Assembly: GCA_964016885.1 (NCBI GenBank) | Contig: OZ024743.1 | Span: forward strand, 216,690,001-216,754,000 | Length of the DNA stretch: 64,000 nucleotides | Origin: Eledone cirrhosa | Taxonomy: Eukaryota | Direction of reading: 5' to 3' | Shown: positions 1 to 12,620 of the stretch, piece by piece | Layout of the letters: each line of letters opens with the position of its first letter | How positions within the stretch are numbered: the first letter of the stretch is position 1 | Made by a program: the position numbers and the translations under genes | Notes under the pieces: model-generated | The model's database searches: none | Told to the model about the DNA's origin: nothing | Seen by the model: only the letters and a program-made list of their open reading frames with translations

Positions 1-231
1 GAAAGTTTCAATGCTTCAATCAATGAAACATGAATTGATGAAATTGAAGTGAAGATGGGGAAGGTGAGAAATAATAAGTTGGAAGTTGGCTGAAATTCAA
101 CGACGAAAAATAAAAAAAATAATAAAAAGATTAATTAAGGTTGACAGATCAGCGGAAAGTGTTGCCATGTGGGAATAAATTTGTGCTGCAATAGAACAGT
201 TCATATAGACTATATTATATTGAGTTTGAAT

Positions 232-513
232 AAATCGATCATATTCTTCGTCAAAATAAGGCTTGACATTTTAGGAAAAACAATAACTAATTACTGGAAA
301 AACAACTATAACAACGATTCTTGTTATTACTAAATAATGATTTCAACAATAATGAAAATAAAACCGATATATATATATATAAGGTATCTATTTTTGAAGA
401 TCTAGTTAACTTTATTTAGTTACCTACCTATCTATGTGTGCTTACACGCTTGTAAAAATTATCCCCTGTGATTGTTTCATATGTTTATTTATATGTAAAT
501 CAATTTCTAGTTG

Positions 514-561
<48 letters not shown>

Positions 562-694
562 GGTATATTGTTATTATTGTTGAAATCGTTATTTAGTAAT
601 AACAAGAATCGTTGTTATAGTTGTTTTTCCAGTAATTATTTAATGTTTTCCCTAAAATGTCAAGCCTTATTTTGATGAAGAATATGATCGATTT
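232..694. repeat. Head-to-head inverted repeat pair (arms ~232-370 and ~556-694) around (TA)n and a family E fragment
   Basis: AAATCGATCATATTCTTCGTCAAAATAAGGCTTGACATTTTAGG... is the reverse complement of ...CCTAAAATGTCAAGCCTTATTTTGATGAAGAATATGATCGATTT. Confidence 0.85.
379..518 (+). mobile_element. 3' fragment of HHR-bearing family E, between (TA)n runs
   Basis: Close match to ~40062-40198 (AAGGTATCTATTTTTGAAG...CAATTTCTAGTT). Confidence 0.85.
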
Positions 695-1012
695 CGGGCG
701 CACCGAAAACGATAAATGGAAAAAATGAAACGAAATTTCATTTCTCACTCTTAGTACGGCTGTTACTTAAATATAAGTATGTATACGTACATACATATAT
801 GTATACAGACGTACAGTAGTATGTATACATGCACACATATATATATGTACGTATGGATTTACCGAACATTTATTATAATGTTCGGTTTGTTTGTAAACAA
901 ACATCCCGAATTAAGTCGTACAGTGTTTAGCAACCATCGTTGCCCTTTTGTTCAGCACTGACAAAGGAACGATGCACTAGTTTCAAGCTTATTAGCTATG
1001 GTCAGCACCGTT
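695..1012 (-). mobile_element. Retrozyme-like family F partial copy with mutated HHR (969-1011)
   Basis: Homologous to 1427-1833 and 4521-5445; HHR core reads CTGACCA and the cleavage triplet reads GTG. Confidence 0.8.
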
Positions 1013-1076
1013 TGTATATATATGATGTATGTAGATACATACTACTATACGTCTGTATACATATATATATATATGT

Positions 1077-1305
1077 GAAAGGTAAACAGAAATAACAACA
1101 CAATCGGTACAGTATATGGAAGGTATATATTAGGTTAATGCTTGATATAGCAGGTAGAGGGTCTTAACGTTTTGGACGCTAGTCCTCCATTAGAAGAAAG
1201 AATGAGAAATAAAATAGATTCAGGCGACGGGCGGATTGGAATTGGAAAAAATTTGAAAAAAGTTTTTAGATGAACATAACAGGTCCATTCATGTTGACTT
1301 CTCTT

Positions 1306-1379
<74 letters not shown>

Positions 1380-1425
1380 TACATAAAGAGAAGTCAACAT
1401 GAATGGACCTGTTATTTTTATCTAA
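1077..1425 (-). mobile_element. pLTR-like element with decayed minimal HHR (1162-1197) and a short inverted copy (1381-1425) across a (TA)n run
   Basis: Minus strand TCTT-CTAATGG-A-GGAC tagc GTCC-AAAA-CGTT-AAGA; 1281-1310 is inverted at 1381-1410. Confidence 0.6.
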
Positions 1426-1426
1426 A

Positions 1427-1831
1427 AGCTCACTGGATATGCAAATTAGACTGCTCAGCCGTTAATAAGCATAAGGAAAGTATATACTTTCAGACGTTCA
1501 ACCATCTGGCAGGAAGGTATACGATGCTGACGATAGTTAATAAGCTTGAAACTAGTACATCGTTCCTCTGTCAGTGTTGTACAAAAAGGTGACGTGGTTG
1601 CCTAAACACTGTACGGCGTAATTCGGGCTCTTTGTTTGTTTACAAACATACCAAGCACTATAATGAATGTTCGGTAAACCGATACGTGCATATGTATATG
1701 TGTGCATGTATGTATATATATACATACTACTGCACGTCTGTATACATATATGTATGTACGTATACATACATACTTACATTTAAGTAACTGCCTCACTAAG
1801 AGTGAGAAATGAAATTTCGTTTCATTCTCTT

Positions 1832-1833
<2 letters not shown>
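1427..1833 (+). mobile_element. Retrozyme-like family F near-monomer
   Basis: Reverse complement of the 425-bp unit at 4521-4945; contains ATGCAAAT at 1439-1446 and an intact HHR. Confidence 0.85.
1521..1563 (+). ncRNA. Minimal type I hammerhead ribozyme, family F (intact)
   Basis: ACGATG-CTGACGA-T-AGTT aata AGCT-T-GAA-ACTAGT-A-CATCGT: 6-bp stem I, palindromic stem III, GUA site. Confidence 0.85.
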
Positions 1834-1904
<71 letters not shown>

Positions 1905-1911
<7 letters not shown>

Positions 1912-3445
1912 ATACTTGGGGAGGGTCATATTTGTGTAATATTGCCAGAATTAATAACAGAACACACTCATTGTTTGGCTGGTTTTCGCTTCTCGCTGTC
2001 TTTTATATCGGTAATATAACTTACTCGGTCCTCAATGTTGCCATTGACTGACCGACGGTCAAAAATAGTACAGATACAATATAGACACAGACACATATAT
2101 ATAGTTTATCATAAATCTTTCGTTGCACATATGCAACATCGTCAGTGGTGTTATATTTTCCTCCTGTTGTGTTGTATGTCTACGCCATTTTTATTCAGTC
2201 TGTCTATATATTTATTTATTTATTTGCTTGTTTGTTTATTTTATTTCGTCTTCTTTGCGCATGCGTTTGCGTGTGTGTATAGTGTTATGTTTGCTGTGTG
2301 ATGGGTGACTAGTGTGTGTTTATGTGCTTGTTCTTATTGTGCTTGTGTATGTATGTATTTCTTTATTTATCTTATTTGATTTACTTATTTATACTTCTCT
2401 TAGGTCAGTGTTGTTTGTTTGGGTGTTGTTGTTATTCCATTCATTCTTTCTGTTTAGCTTTGGTCTTCTAATTTCTATTTCACTGGCCTCTCTGATTTGC
2501 CTATCTGCTGGGTCATTTCTATGTTTAGATATTATTCTAATTTCTATGTTGTCTATGTTACCGTCATGTTGTTGTCTAGCATGTTCGTATAGTACTGACC
2601 CGTTTTTTCCTCCTTTTAGTTCCCCCCCAGTGTTGGTCTATCCTTTCACCTATGCTACGAGCTGTCTCACCTATGTATGTTGTTGTCATGTTTCTGCAAG
2701 TATCCTCTGTACATCTTATGCTATAGACTACGTTTCTAGTTTTACAGTTTATCCGGGGGTTCACCTTACATATGATACATTTCCTATTGGTACAGTGGGT
2801 TTTCTTAAAAGAGTAGGTTTTGCAGATCAGGGATTTTATGGTGGTTCCTGGCTTTTCTACCACCTTTATTTTTAAGTGGGTCTTTCTAAGGGCCTTTCTA
2901 CACTGGTTAGCTAATTTCCCTCCAGGGGTGGCGTCCACAAACATGACACTCTGGTATCTCTGGTTGTCGTACCATGAGGTGGCTTTCCCTATCTTATGTC
3001 TAGCCCTATCTAAGCTATTCCATGATTTGCTCCTGTATAATGGGCAAATTCCTTTCCTGTCCAGTTCTATGAGGGTCTTATACTTTTCCATGGCTCCTTC
3101 GTATACTCTGACTCTGTCTCTTTGGTTGTAGCCAGAGAACATCATGCGGTTGATGAAGTGTTGGATGTGTCTTTCCATTTCTGTTGGGTCGCACATGCGG
3201 GACACATTCTTCATCACTCGTACCAAATCTGCGATCAGAATATTAAACTTAGCACAACATTGAGGACCGAGTAAGTTAGATTACCGATATAAAAGACAGC
3301 GAGAAGCGAAAACCAACCAAACAGTGAGTGTGTTCTGTTATTAATTCTGGCAATATTACACAAATATGACGCTCCCTAAGTATAACAATATTTGTTTCGA
3401 CACACGATTTCATATAAAAAACCTCGCAAAACTAATTCATCGCCG

Positions 3446-3447
<2 letters not shown>
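1905..3447 (-). mobile_element. 5'-truncated Penelope-like retroelement (family C) with inverted pLTR at its 5' end, inserted in (TA)n
   Basis: GIY-YIG ORF on minus strand; ~1906-2040 is inverted at ~3255-3390; both ends abut (TA)n. Confidence 0.9.
2389..3245 (-). pseudogene. PLE RT thumb, Cys linker and GIY-YIG endonuclease with one +1 frameshift in a G run (~2622-2628)
   Basis: NVVYSIRC...YIGETARSIGERIDQH; after the shift it continues SVLYEHARQQH...RQIREASEI...LNRKNEW. Confidence 0.9.
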
Positions 3448-3497
<50 letters not shown>

Positions 3498-3500
<3 letters not shown>

Positions 3501-4012
3501 AGAAAACACAGTTAAAGATTAAGAGAAGGATTTTATCCAGTTATTTAAGACCGTTTCATTGGTAAGTGCAAACTTATATTACTATACTGCAAATAGCAGC
3601 CACTCAAATATAATTGTTGTTCACAGTCCAAATTTTCAGAATAGTAAGTAAGTTACTCTTGAAATAATTCTTAATATATATTAAGAATTATAAATATATT
3701 AAGAATTATTTCAAGAGTAACTTACTCTCTATTTTGAAAATTTGGACTGTGACAACAATTATATTTGAGGGGCTGCTATTTGCAGTATAGCAATATAAGG
3801 TTGTACTTACCAATGAAACGGTCGAAAATATCTGGATAAAATCCTTCTCTTAATGCTTACCGGTGTTTTCTCTTTTATACTTTATACTCCAAGATTGAAC
3901 TGAATTCTTACAAACTTGTGGAGTTACCCCTAACCGTACGCTGAAACCATCCATGAAACTGACTTTCTAACCAAGAACTGGATCACAATAAGCAATTTTT
4001 TGCTTCTCTAAC
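3498..4012. mobile_element. ORF-less foldback of two head-to-head pLTRs of PLE family B, each with an HHR motif (3542-3643 minus, 3730-3830 plus)
   Basis: Arms match 58955-59273 and 60962-61094; flanked by (TA)n. Confidence 0.9.
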
Positions 4013-4034
4013 TATATATATATTTTAATAATAT

Positions 4035-4180
<146 letters not shown>

Positions 4181-4520
4181 CTAATAACTGTGTATTTATA
4201 AGTGGTTATTTCAATCAATAACTAGATTATGGTTGTTATGGATGACGCTGAAATCTTAACATTTACATTTGCTTGTAACTCCTTTCTTATACGTCAGATA
4301 CCTCAATATCATGCTCTCAGACACGAGAAGATTGTTTGATTTCCTAGGAGCGGCAGTTATGGTGACAATACTAAGATTCCACTTCAAATATAGCATTCGA
4401 TGATATTTAATGTCGGTAGTGAAATTAGACCATTGTAGCAGAGCGCATGAATAATATGATGTTGAACCTAAATATATTTACAAGAAATAAGAACAAATAG
4501 AGTTATAACAACCTCTTATT

Positions 4521-5445
4521 ATATAAGTATGTATACGTACATACATATATGTATAAAGACGTACAGTACTATGTATATACATACATACATGCACACATAT
4601 ATATGTATGTACCTATGGGTTTACCGAACATTTATTATAATGTTCGGTTTGTTTGTAAACGAACAGCCCGAATTAAGCCGTACAGTGTTCGGCAACCATC
4701 GTTGCCCTTTTGTTCAACACTGACAAAGGAACCATGAACTAGTTTCTAGCTTATTAGCTGTCATCAGCACCGTATACCTTCCTGTCAGTCCATTGAATGT
4801 TTGAAAGTATATACTTTCCTTATGCATATTAACGGCTGAGCAGCCTAATTTGCATATCAAGTGAGTTAGTCGGACGGGCGTACCGAAAAGGATAAATGGA
4901 AAAAATGAAATTTCATTTCTCACTCTTATTACGGCTGATACTTAAATATAAGTATGTATACGTACATACATGTATGTATACAGGCGTACAGTAGTATGTA
5001 TATACATACATACATGCATAAATATATATATATATATGTACGTATGGGTTTACCGAACATTTATTATAATGTTCGGTTTGTTTGTAAACAAATAACCCGA
5101 ATTAAGCCGTACAGTGTTCGGCAACCATCGTTGCCCTTTTGTTCAACAATGACCGCTAATAAGCTAGAAACTAGTTCATCGTTACTTTGTCAGTGTTGAA
5201 CAAAAGAGCAACGATGGTTGCCGAACACTGTACGGCCTAATTCGGGCTGTTTGTTTCCAAACAAACCGAACATTATAATAAATGTTCTGTAAACCTATAC
5301 GTACATATATATATGTGTGTATGTATGTATGTATATACATACTAATGTACGTCTGTATACATATATGTATGTACGTATGCATACTTATATTTAAGTTCAG
5401 GCGTACTAAGTGTGAGAAATGAAATTTCATTTTTTCCATTTATTC
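4521..5445. mobile_element. Family F: ~1.5 tandem 425-bp units plus an inverted partial copy (5149-5445)
   Basis: ATATAAGTATGTATACG at 4521 and 4946; the inversion junction at ~5149 falls inside the HHR. Confidence 0.9.
4731..4773 (-). ncRNA. Minimal type I hammerhead ribozyme, family F
   Basis: ACGGTG-CTGATGA-C-AGCT aata AGCT-A-GAA-ACTAGT-T-CATGGT. Confidence 0.8.
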
Positions 5446-5675
5446 TCATATTACTTTGACCTAAAACCATAATAGCGCTTTTATCTTGTCTATAAGCAAC
5501 TTATGTGTCAGTAGCTAAGGAATTCGTTTCTTGGAGGTTTATTTAATAGTAATGAGAAGTTTTAAAAACTATACTGTAGAAGAGAACGTATTATTGCTCA
5601 TGTCATGTTAACTAAACAAGAAATCTGAATAAACTGTTCAATAAATGTAAACAAAATATCAGTTATAAATTTAAA

Positions 5676-5858
5676 TGGATTGGCAGTATCGGTAGAGAGT
5701 CGGACGCCATGCGTTCCAGCATAGTTACGTCCCTTTACGATCTGAGTTCAAATCCCGCCGAGGTTGACTTTGCCTTTCATCCTTACGGGGTCGATAAAAT
5801 AAAGTACCAGTAATGCACTGGGTAATTGCTGGCCTTGTGCCTAAAGTAGAAACAATTA
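5676..5858 (+). mobile_element. tRNA-derived SINE with a MetaSINE-like central domain
   Basis: A-box TGGCAGTATCGG, B-box GAGTTCAAATCC, core GAGGTTGACTTTGCCTTTCATCCTTACGGGGTCGATAAAATAAAGTACCAG. Confidence 0.85.
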
Positions 5859-7259
5859 ATTTAAATTACACAGACATTATCCAGTTGATATATGTATGAT
5901 GATATCTATGCATTAATTATTATTTCAGGTAAATTTTTGTTGTTGTTTTTTTACCTACGATCAAAAAAAGCATCAAATAACCACCAACAATTTTATTTAA
6001 ACATTATATTATTTAAGGTGTCCATTAGTTAAAACGGTTGGTTACTATTTGTGTTGAATATGGCTGTCATTTTTAGTAGTTCAAATAACCGTGTAGATGT
6101 TATCTCAATCTTTAGTTTGCAAGAAATTTGATACTTTTCTTGTTATATGACATCAGCTCAATGGAAGGTGGTGTTTTATTTGCTAGAAATAGCAGCTTGA
6201 GCAGCTTGGATTATATATCCAGGAGAGTCTTTTACGTGGAAATAGACGTGATGCTCAATGTTGAAATGTCATATGTTCATGGATCTGTTCAATCAGCGTG
6301 GACGTGTGGTTAAACAACAATATCATAAATAATTCATGCACTCGAGTAAGAATCTTTCGTTCGATGCCGATGAAGAGAAAACGCAGTGTTACAATACTAT
6401 TGCCCCTTGAAGACACCTTTTGCTTAATATTCTACATTTGGGATTTAGAAATATAATGATGGCAATTGTTATTGAGATTTGTATAAGCACCAGCTGATTA
6501 CAGTATCCCATTTCTAACATTTTCTGTAGATTATCAGCGTACACCAGCTTCTAAACAGTATTTAATACATGAAAGTGCTGTTGTGTAACAGAAGTTATTC
6601 ACAAACAAGCACAAAAGCACTACCCGGCTCAGGAGTACGTTTTGACAATACTGTTACAAACATTCGAACGAGGTATTACCCGGAATATTCTAAGGTGTAC
6701 ATATTCATACTACAGCAAGCTATTATCATTTGATCTTCACTTCCCCCAAATGTCCTTGAATATTGGTCTAAGATTTCTTCCATAAAATAACCATTACGAA
6801 AATACTAACAACAAATATGGACACATTTATTTGAAAAAGCAAATGTAATGTAAGCAAAAACCCCCCAAAATATATATCACACCAGTATGGCATCATTTTG
6901 AACAGCACAAAACGAGAACAAGGTAACTGAAGATTCTTTATCACTGAAGATCACACCAAATGAATATGCATTTTCTGAATAATCAAGACAAATGATTGAA
7001 TCACTGTTGCCAGCTGTTGAGATAGATGAAATATATAACAGCAGCATTCACAATTTCCCCACTTACAACAATGTGAGCAAATAAAGGACACATTCCTAAC
7101 AATTGCATGGTTAAACGATACAAATGATTAAATTCAAATCTGTTGCATGCTTACACAAGATCTCAGAGGCCAGTAAAAGTGTTCTAAGATGTAATACATA
7201 TATATGTATGATGAGATACAGACACTCACACACACACACACACATATATACATATAATA

Positions 7260-7438
7260 TAATTGTTTCTACTTTTGGCACAAGGCCAGCAATTAACCAG
7301 TGCACTACTGGTACATTATTTTATCGACGCCGTAAGAATGAAAGGCAAAGTTAAGCTCGACGGGATTTGAACTCAAACCGTAAAGGGACGTAACTATGCT
7401 GGAAAGCATGGCGTCCGACCCTCTACCGATACTGCCAA
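7260..7438 (-). mobile_element. SINE, same family as 5676-5858
   Basis: Reverse-complement match over the full length. Confidence 0.85.
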
Positions 7439-7947
7439 TATATATATATACATATAATATAATGTAATATAACATAATATAATATATATAATATGATATA
7501 ATTTAATATAATATATTAATATATATAATATATAATATCGTTGTGTGCATGAAGTAAGATTATTCATTTTGTGATATATTGCAAATCGTAATCAATAGTT
7601 GGTATTTTTTCTAAGCAGTGAATATAAACGTAAACTGCATATACAGTATTTCCATTTTCAGACTAGATATATATCATCAAATTTTATTAGCTCTCCGTTT
7701 TAATCACATGATGTTAAATGTATGATAGCACACTTTGATGCCTTCAATATTTTGTTTTCATTTACTTTATTTCTGTTAGATAAGGAAGAAATACATAAAT
7801 ACATGTCTAAATTCCTAAAATAATGTTTAAACACATAAATTGATAAAACTTCAGTTATACTTCTTCTTTATCTCTTGACGTAAACCGAATACATGTATGT
7901 ATATACACATGTGTGTATGTGTATGTATGTGATTTTATATATATAAT

Positions 7948-8017
<70 letters not shown>

Positions 8018-8152
8018 TATGTATGTACACACACACACAAATATATATATATATATACATGTGTATGTATGAATGTCTGCACTTCTATAGGTATAATTAT
8101 ACATATATTGTATGTATCTATACGCATATGTATATGTGTATATATAAGTAGT

Positions 8153-8256
<104 letters not shown>

Positions 8257-8699
8257 TGTGGCGTGTGTGTGCGTTGATGCCTGTGTGTGTTTGTGAGTGT
8301 GTATGTGCGTAGATGAATATGTCTGCGCTTTTCTCTTTGCGGTTTCTTTATTTTTTAGCGGGAGGGGGGACTGTTTTTTTTTTTTTGAAGATTTATGAAA
8401 ATGCTTACGCACGTAAATTGATAAAAGCTTAATAATGAATTCTCGTTATCTCTTCGCAGTATATGTACACGTATATAGATGTGGTTGTGTGCCTCTGTGT
8501 TTATGTGTTAAAACCATTTTCTGTGCTGCCATTTATTTTGTTTTAATCGAAGTCTGTCGATGATTTATTTTTAATGAGTTCTTTTCTTTTTAAATACCCC
8601 CATAATGTGTGTTTTCTATCAAAAGTTAAATATTTAACGAAATGAATGCTAATGACATATATAAGAAGAAACACATACAAACACACACAAACCCCCCTT

Positions 8700-8753
<54 letters not shown>

Positions 8754-9179
8754 CACACAAATATGAAATAAAATGATACATAGAGACTATGTTGTATATG
8801 TGTGAATTATGATATCCATGCAAATATTAATTGCTGTATAGATTAACACTCTTGTTTCGTCAACCCAAAGCGAAAAAGGTTTAAGGTAAAATATTATGGA
8901 GATTAAAATAGTGAAATGGAGAAAATTAGGTAAAAGGTTCCATAACGCTAGCTTTCAATATAGCTCGAACATATATATGATTTAATTTATAGAAAATATT
9001 TCTAGAAAAGCATCATCATGTTCATTACATTTGGCGTATAATTCTAAGCATATAGAGAAAAAATATATACATATACATACACACACATACACACATATAT
9101 GTATAAATATACATTAAATTTGAAAGCTACTGTTGAAAATATGTTTTTAACGCTCCTAGATACACACTTCTCCTTAAAA

Positions 9180-10010
9180 CCCAATTACAACCAGATCTGT
9201 AACTGTCTAAATTGGATACTCCTTTGCCAGGATCATGAAGCCAAGCTTCCTGCATAGTCAACAGAACCAGCCCCAAAATACATGGATGTTCTTGGGTCAT
9301 GCCAGCTGGATCAACAATACAACACCCCAGTCATAATAGACAAAGCTGAAGTCTGCCAATTGAGTCAGAGTACCAAGAGTTATCCTGAAAATACGACGGT
9401 ATGTCAGAAAGTATGTTTAAAAAGCACTTCCTTACTGACAAAATGACATTCAGATACCCAATAAGAAGAAACACCACAAATTTGGCGAATAAAGTATGTC
9501 AACTCAAAAACAAGAACATGGACTTCTCCCAAAAATGCAAGATACTGTAAAAATCTGGTCAACATATTCATGGACTCAAATCCTGCGATTATTCAATGTT
9601 GAGCAATGGAAGGTATTGCATAAATTCACAATAACATGAGACCGCTTAACACACGGACACAATTCTGCTCATGGTATTGTAAAGTTTTAAAGAACTGGGC
9701 GCCTTAGTATTTATTTATGTGTTTCCCAGAAAAAATGTACTCATTCTATTGACTATTGTCTAGCCGCCTCGTCTCTATTAGTTATTTAGCATTTGTTCAC
9801 TTTCTTTCGGTCCAATTGTCTCCCCTGTATCATTTAGATAATCATCTCTCCTTGTTTAACCTATTTTTCTTTATTTTCTTTCTGTGTAAAACATTTTCCG
9901 GTTCATTTTCATCGACAAATTTTGAAAAAGTTGATCCTCAAGGGTCATCCTCGAGGATCATACGAGGTACGAATGCTTCTTCGGGAAGCGTTCGTACATC
10001 GTATGATGCC
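9180..10010 (+). mobile_element. Highly decayed PLE 3' region with 3' UTR hairpins
   Basis: Remnant CNC motif (TGTAACTGT ~9198) and LN.R-like tail (~9645), pyrimidine-rich UTR, strong hairpins at 9932-10007. Confidence 0.4.
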
Positions 10011-10028
10011 ATTAGGTTAATTTGCCTT

Positions 10029-10220
10029 GGTGGATTAGCGGTATCGGTAGAGGGTCGGACTCTTTGCTTTGACGCATAGAGTTACGGCCCTTGCCATTCA
10101 GAGTTCAAATCCCGCCGAGATTAACTTTGCCTTTCATCCTTACGCAGTCATGCACTGGGGTAGATTTTAATCGACTTCCCCTCCCCCAAATTGTTGGCAT
10201 TGTGTCTATATAAGAAACCA
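10029..10220 (+). mobile_element. SINE, same family
   Basis: GGTGGATTAGCGGTATCGGTAGAGGGTCGG...GAGTTCAAATCCCGCCGAG. Confidence 0.8.
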
Positions 10221-10449
10221 ATATATTAACTGGCCTTAACAATCATATTTGGTATCTTTACCAACCTATAACTAAAAATATATATAAAGAGAGAAAATAG
10301 ATAGGTTGGGCGATATAAATAGGTAATTAGGTGCATATATATGTGTGAGTGTGTGTTTGTATACACACACACATATATGAACATAAGTGTGTGTGTGTAA
10401 GTTTAGAACCTCTTTTATATTTTCCTATCTGTGTCTGTGTATGTATGCA

Positions 10450-10645
10450 TTGTTTCTGATTAATGCACAAGGCCAGCAATTTGAAAAGAAGGGAAAAATC
10501 GCGATCCATGTTTGTTTCTGATAATTTAGTTTTTCGATCCCTTAAGTATGACAGGGAAAGCTAACCTCGGTGGGATTTGAACTTAAAGGGCCGTAACTAT
10601 ATGCCTCAAATTATGCTGTTCGACGACTTACCGGTACTGCAAAGC
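10450..10645 (-). mobile_element. SINE, same family, diverged
   Basis: CACAAGGCCAGCAATT...AACCTCGGTGGGATTTGAACT. Confidence 0.75.
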
Positions 10646-10653
10646 CACAAATC

Positions 10654-10712
<59 letters not shown>

Positions 10713-10724
10713 TGTGTGTGTGCC

Positions 10725-10757
<33 letters not shown>

Positions 10758-11632
10758 ATGCCTGTGTGTGTGTGTGTGTGTGTTTATGAATATATTGCTT
10801 CATGCTACATTAATCTTTTCCCTGAGTAGCAGAGTAGAATATTATTCAAATAAAAAAAAGAAGGAAAGTAAAATGTCATACCAGATAGTCAGTGTACTAA
10901 TGCCACTGAATGGTTTCAGATGTAGAATCGACTGTTTCTTTACTTCATATTTCCGCTCAGCAACTAAGCAATGACTGCATATAACAGAATCGCTTTCTTT
11001 TCTTTCTCACTATATATTACCTTGTCTTCCCTTTTACCTCAATGCTTTTCTGCGTGTTCTTTGGTTTCTTTCATAATATTTTATGTGTCCATATTGTGGA
11101 ACCTCATTGACAAAAGCAGCAGGTTCAATTTCTTAATGTTGATGATTCAGAAAAGTTATTTGTCATGGTATTTCACTGTAAATTTATATATTTCTACATG
11201 TATACGTGTGTGATGTGTGCGTTCGTGTATAAACATATATATCTCTATATGTCTGCATTCGTCCATGTGTGATTATGTGTGTATTTTTAACAGATGTGTA
11301 ACTATTGAATAAAGAATGATTTATCACCCTTTCGTCTTATATTTCTTTACAATTCTGCTTTGCATCTTTCTCTATTATTTTGTTTTTTGTTTTCGTTTCT
11401 TTTGTTCGTACAGTCAAACGGCTATTGGCGGAAGTACAGAAGACCGAGTTGTTGTTAAAGTTTAAAGAATACTAGTCTGCATCTCTTTAAAACGTTCTGC
11501 CACAAGCATGCCTATATACAAATTTCCGATCTCAGGCATGTTACTACAATAAGTTCTCTTTCCAATCTCACAGCCTTAGGTTCTAACCCGACATTTAGAG
11601 AGCATACATACGTTAATCTGGTAATTGAGATA

Positions 11633-11762
11633 CCCGTGCCGATGCATCAGTTTCTACGGTTCCAATCTGCTGGCAGTGTTCCAAGTCGAACAACCAGGAG
11701 CAGAACAATAGGTAATGTTAGTATACACTAGTAGTTTGGAGGTGAACCGTGTCATCAGCGGG
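11633..11762 (-). ncRNA. Type I HHR with ~97-nt stem II; U16.1 changed to C
   Basis: CCCG-CTGATGA-C-ACGGTTC...GAACCGT-A-GAA-ACTGATGCATCGGC-A-CGGG. Confidence 0.7.
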
Positions 11763-11849
11763 AGTTCACCTGGCATGCTAATCCCTCCTGTTGCTGGTTG
11801 CAAGTGAATGTAGTTGTTTTCAATATATATATATATATATATATATATA

Positions 11850-11945
11850 CAGGTTGTCCCGAAAAATTTGACATCATTTTAAAAGCTAATATCTCGAAAA
11901 CTACTAAGTCTAGCTCAATGATGTCAAATTTTTTGGGACACCCTG
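11850..11945. mobile_element. Tc1/mariner-type MITE in (TA)n
   Basis: TIRs CAGGTTGTCCCGAAAAATTTGACATCA / TGATGTCAAATTTTTTGGGACACCCTG with TA flanks. Confidence 0.85.
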
Positions 11946-12252
11946 TATAAATATATATATATATATATATATATAATACACACCCTCACATCAACATACT
12001 AACATATATGTCTGAATGCGTATACAATGGAAATAATGTATACATACATCCTTTCAATCCTTTTAATGCTGCTTTCGAACAATGTTAACATTTTATTGGC
12101 TGATTTAGACTATATTTTATATATCTATGTAAATTACCTCTCCAATATTTAATAACTGCTAAAGCTGGGCATTTTAATAAAACAATGTATTGTTTCTGAT
12201 AATATAATAAATATATAGCGAACAATTGTCAACACTAATTTATAAATTATTA

Positions 12253-12620
12253 CCGTATTTTCCGGTCTATAGGATTCTTTTTACCTAAAACATTGATGCC
12301 ACAATCTGACTGCATCGTATATGATATATCTTCTACTCGGACTTTCTATTTCAAAATAAAGTTATATGAATTATATTCTAAATTGGAGTGCCCTGTTCCT
12401 TGTGCCTTGAAGCGAAATAAATTTTCCGGATACATTTATGCAGGGCTGTATTTTTTATCCATATCTCTTTTAGTTAATTATATGAGACCAACATTTTTCT
12501 CATCCTTATTACGTTCTGTATGTACATAGTTTTGTGGTTTATCACCGTAAGCTGTACCGTTTCTATGTCTTCTTATGCTGCTCTAAATTTAATCCAATTT
12601 TTCTTGTTATAAATCTAATC
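12253..12620. mobile_element. Possible pogo/Tigger-like DNA transposon remnant
   Basis: TA-CCGTATTTTCCGGTCTATA resembles a pogo-type TIR; no intact ORF. Confidence 0.3.

Noticed and set aside
200-260. Minus-strand TTGACGA-A-GAATA..TATTC-AAAC as an HHR
   Set aside because: G12 missing and no stem I; at most a decayed remnant
5676-5760. tRNA gene
   Set aside because: A and B boxes belong to the SINE head; no cloverleaf
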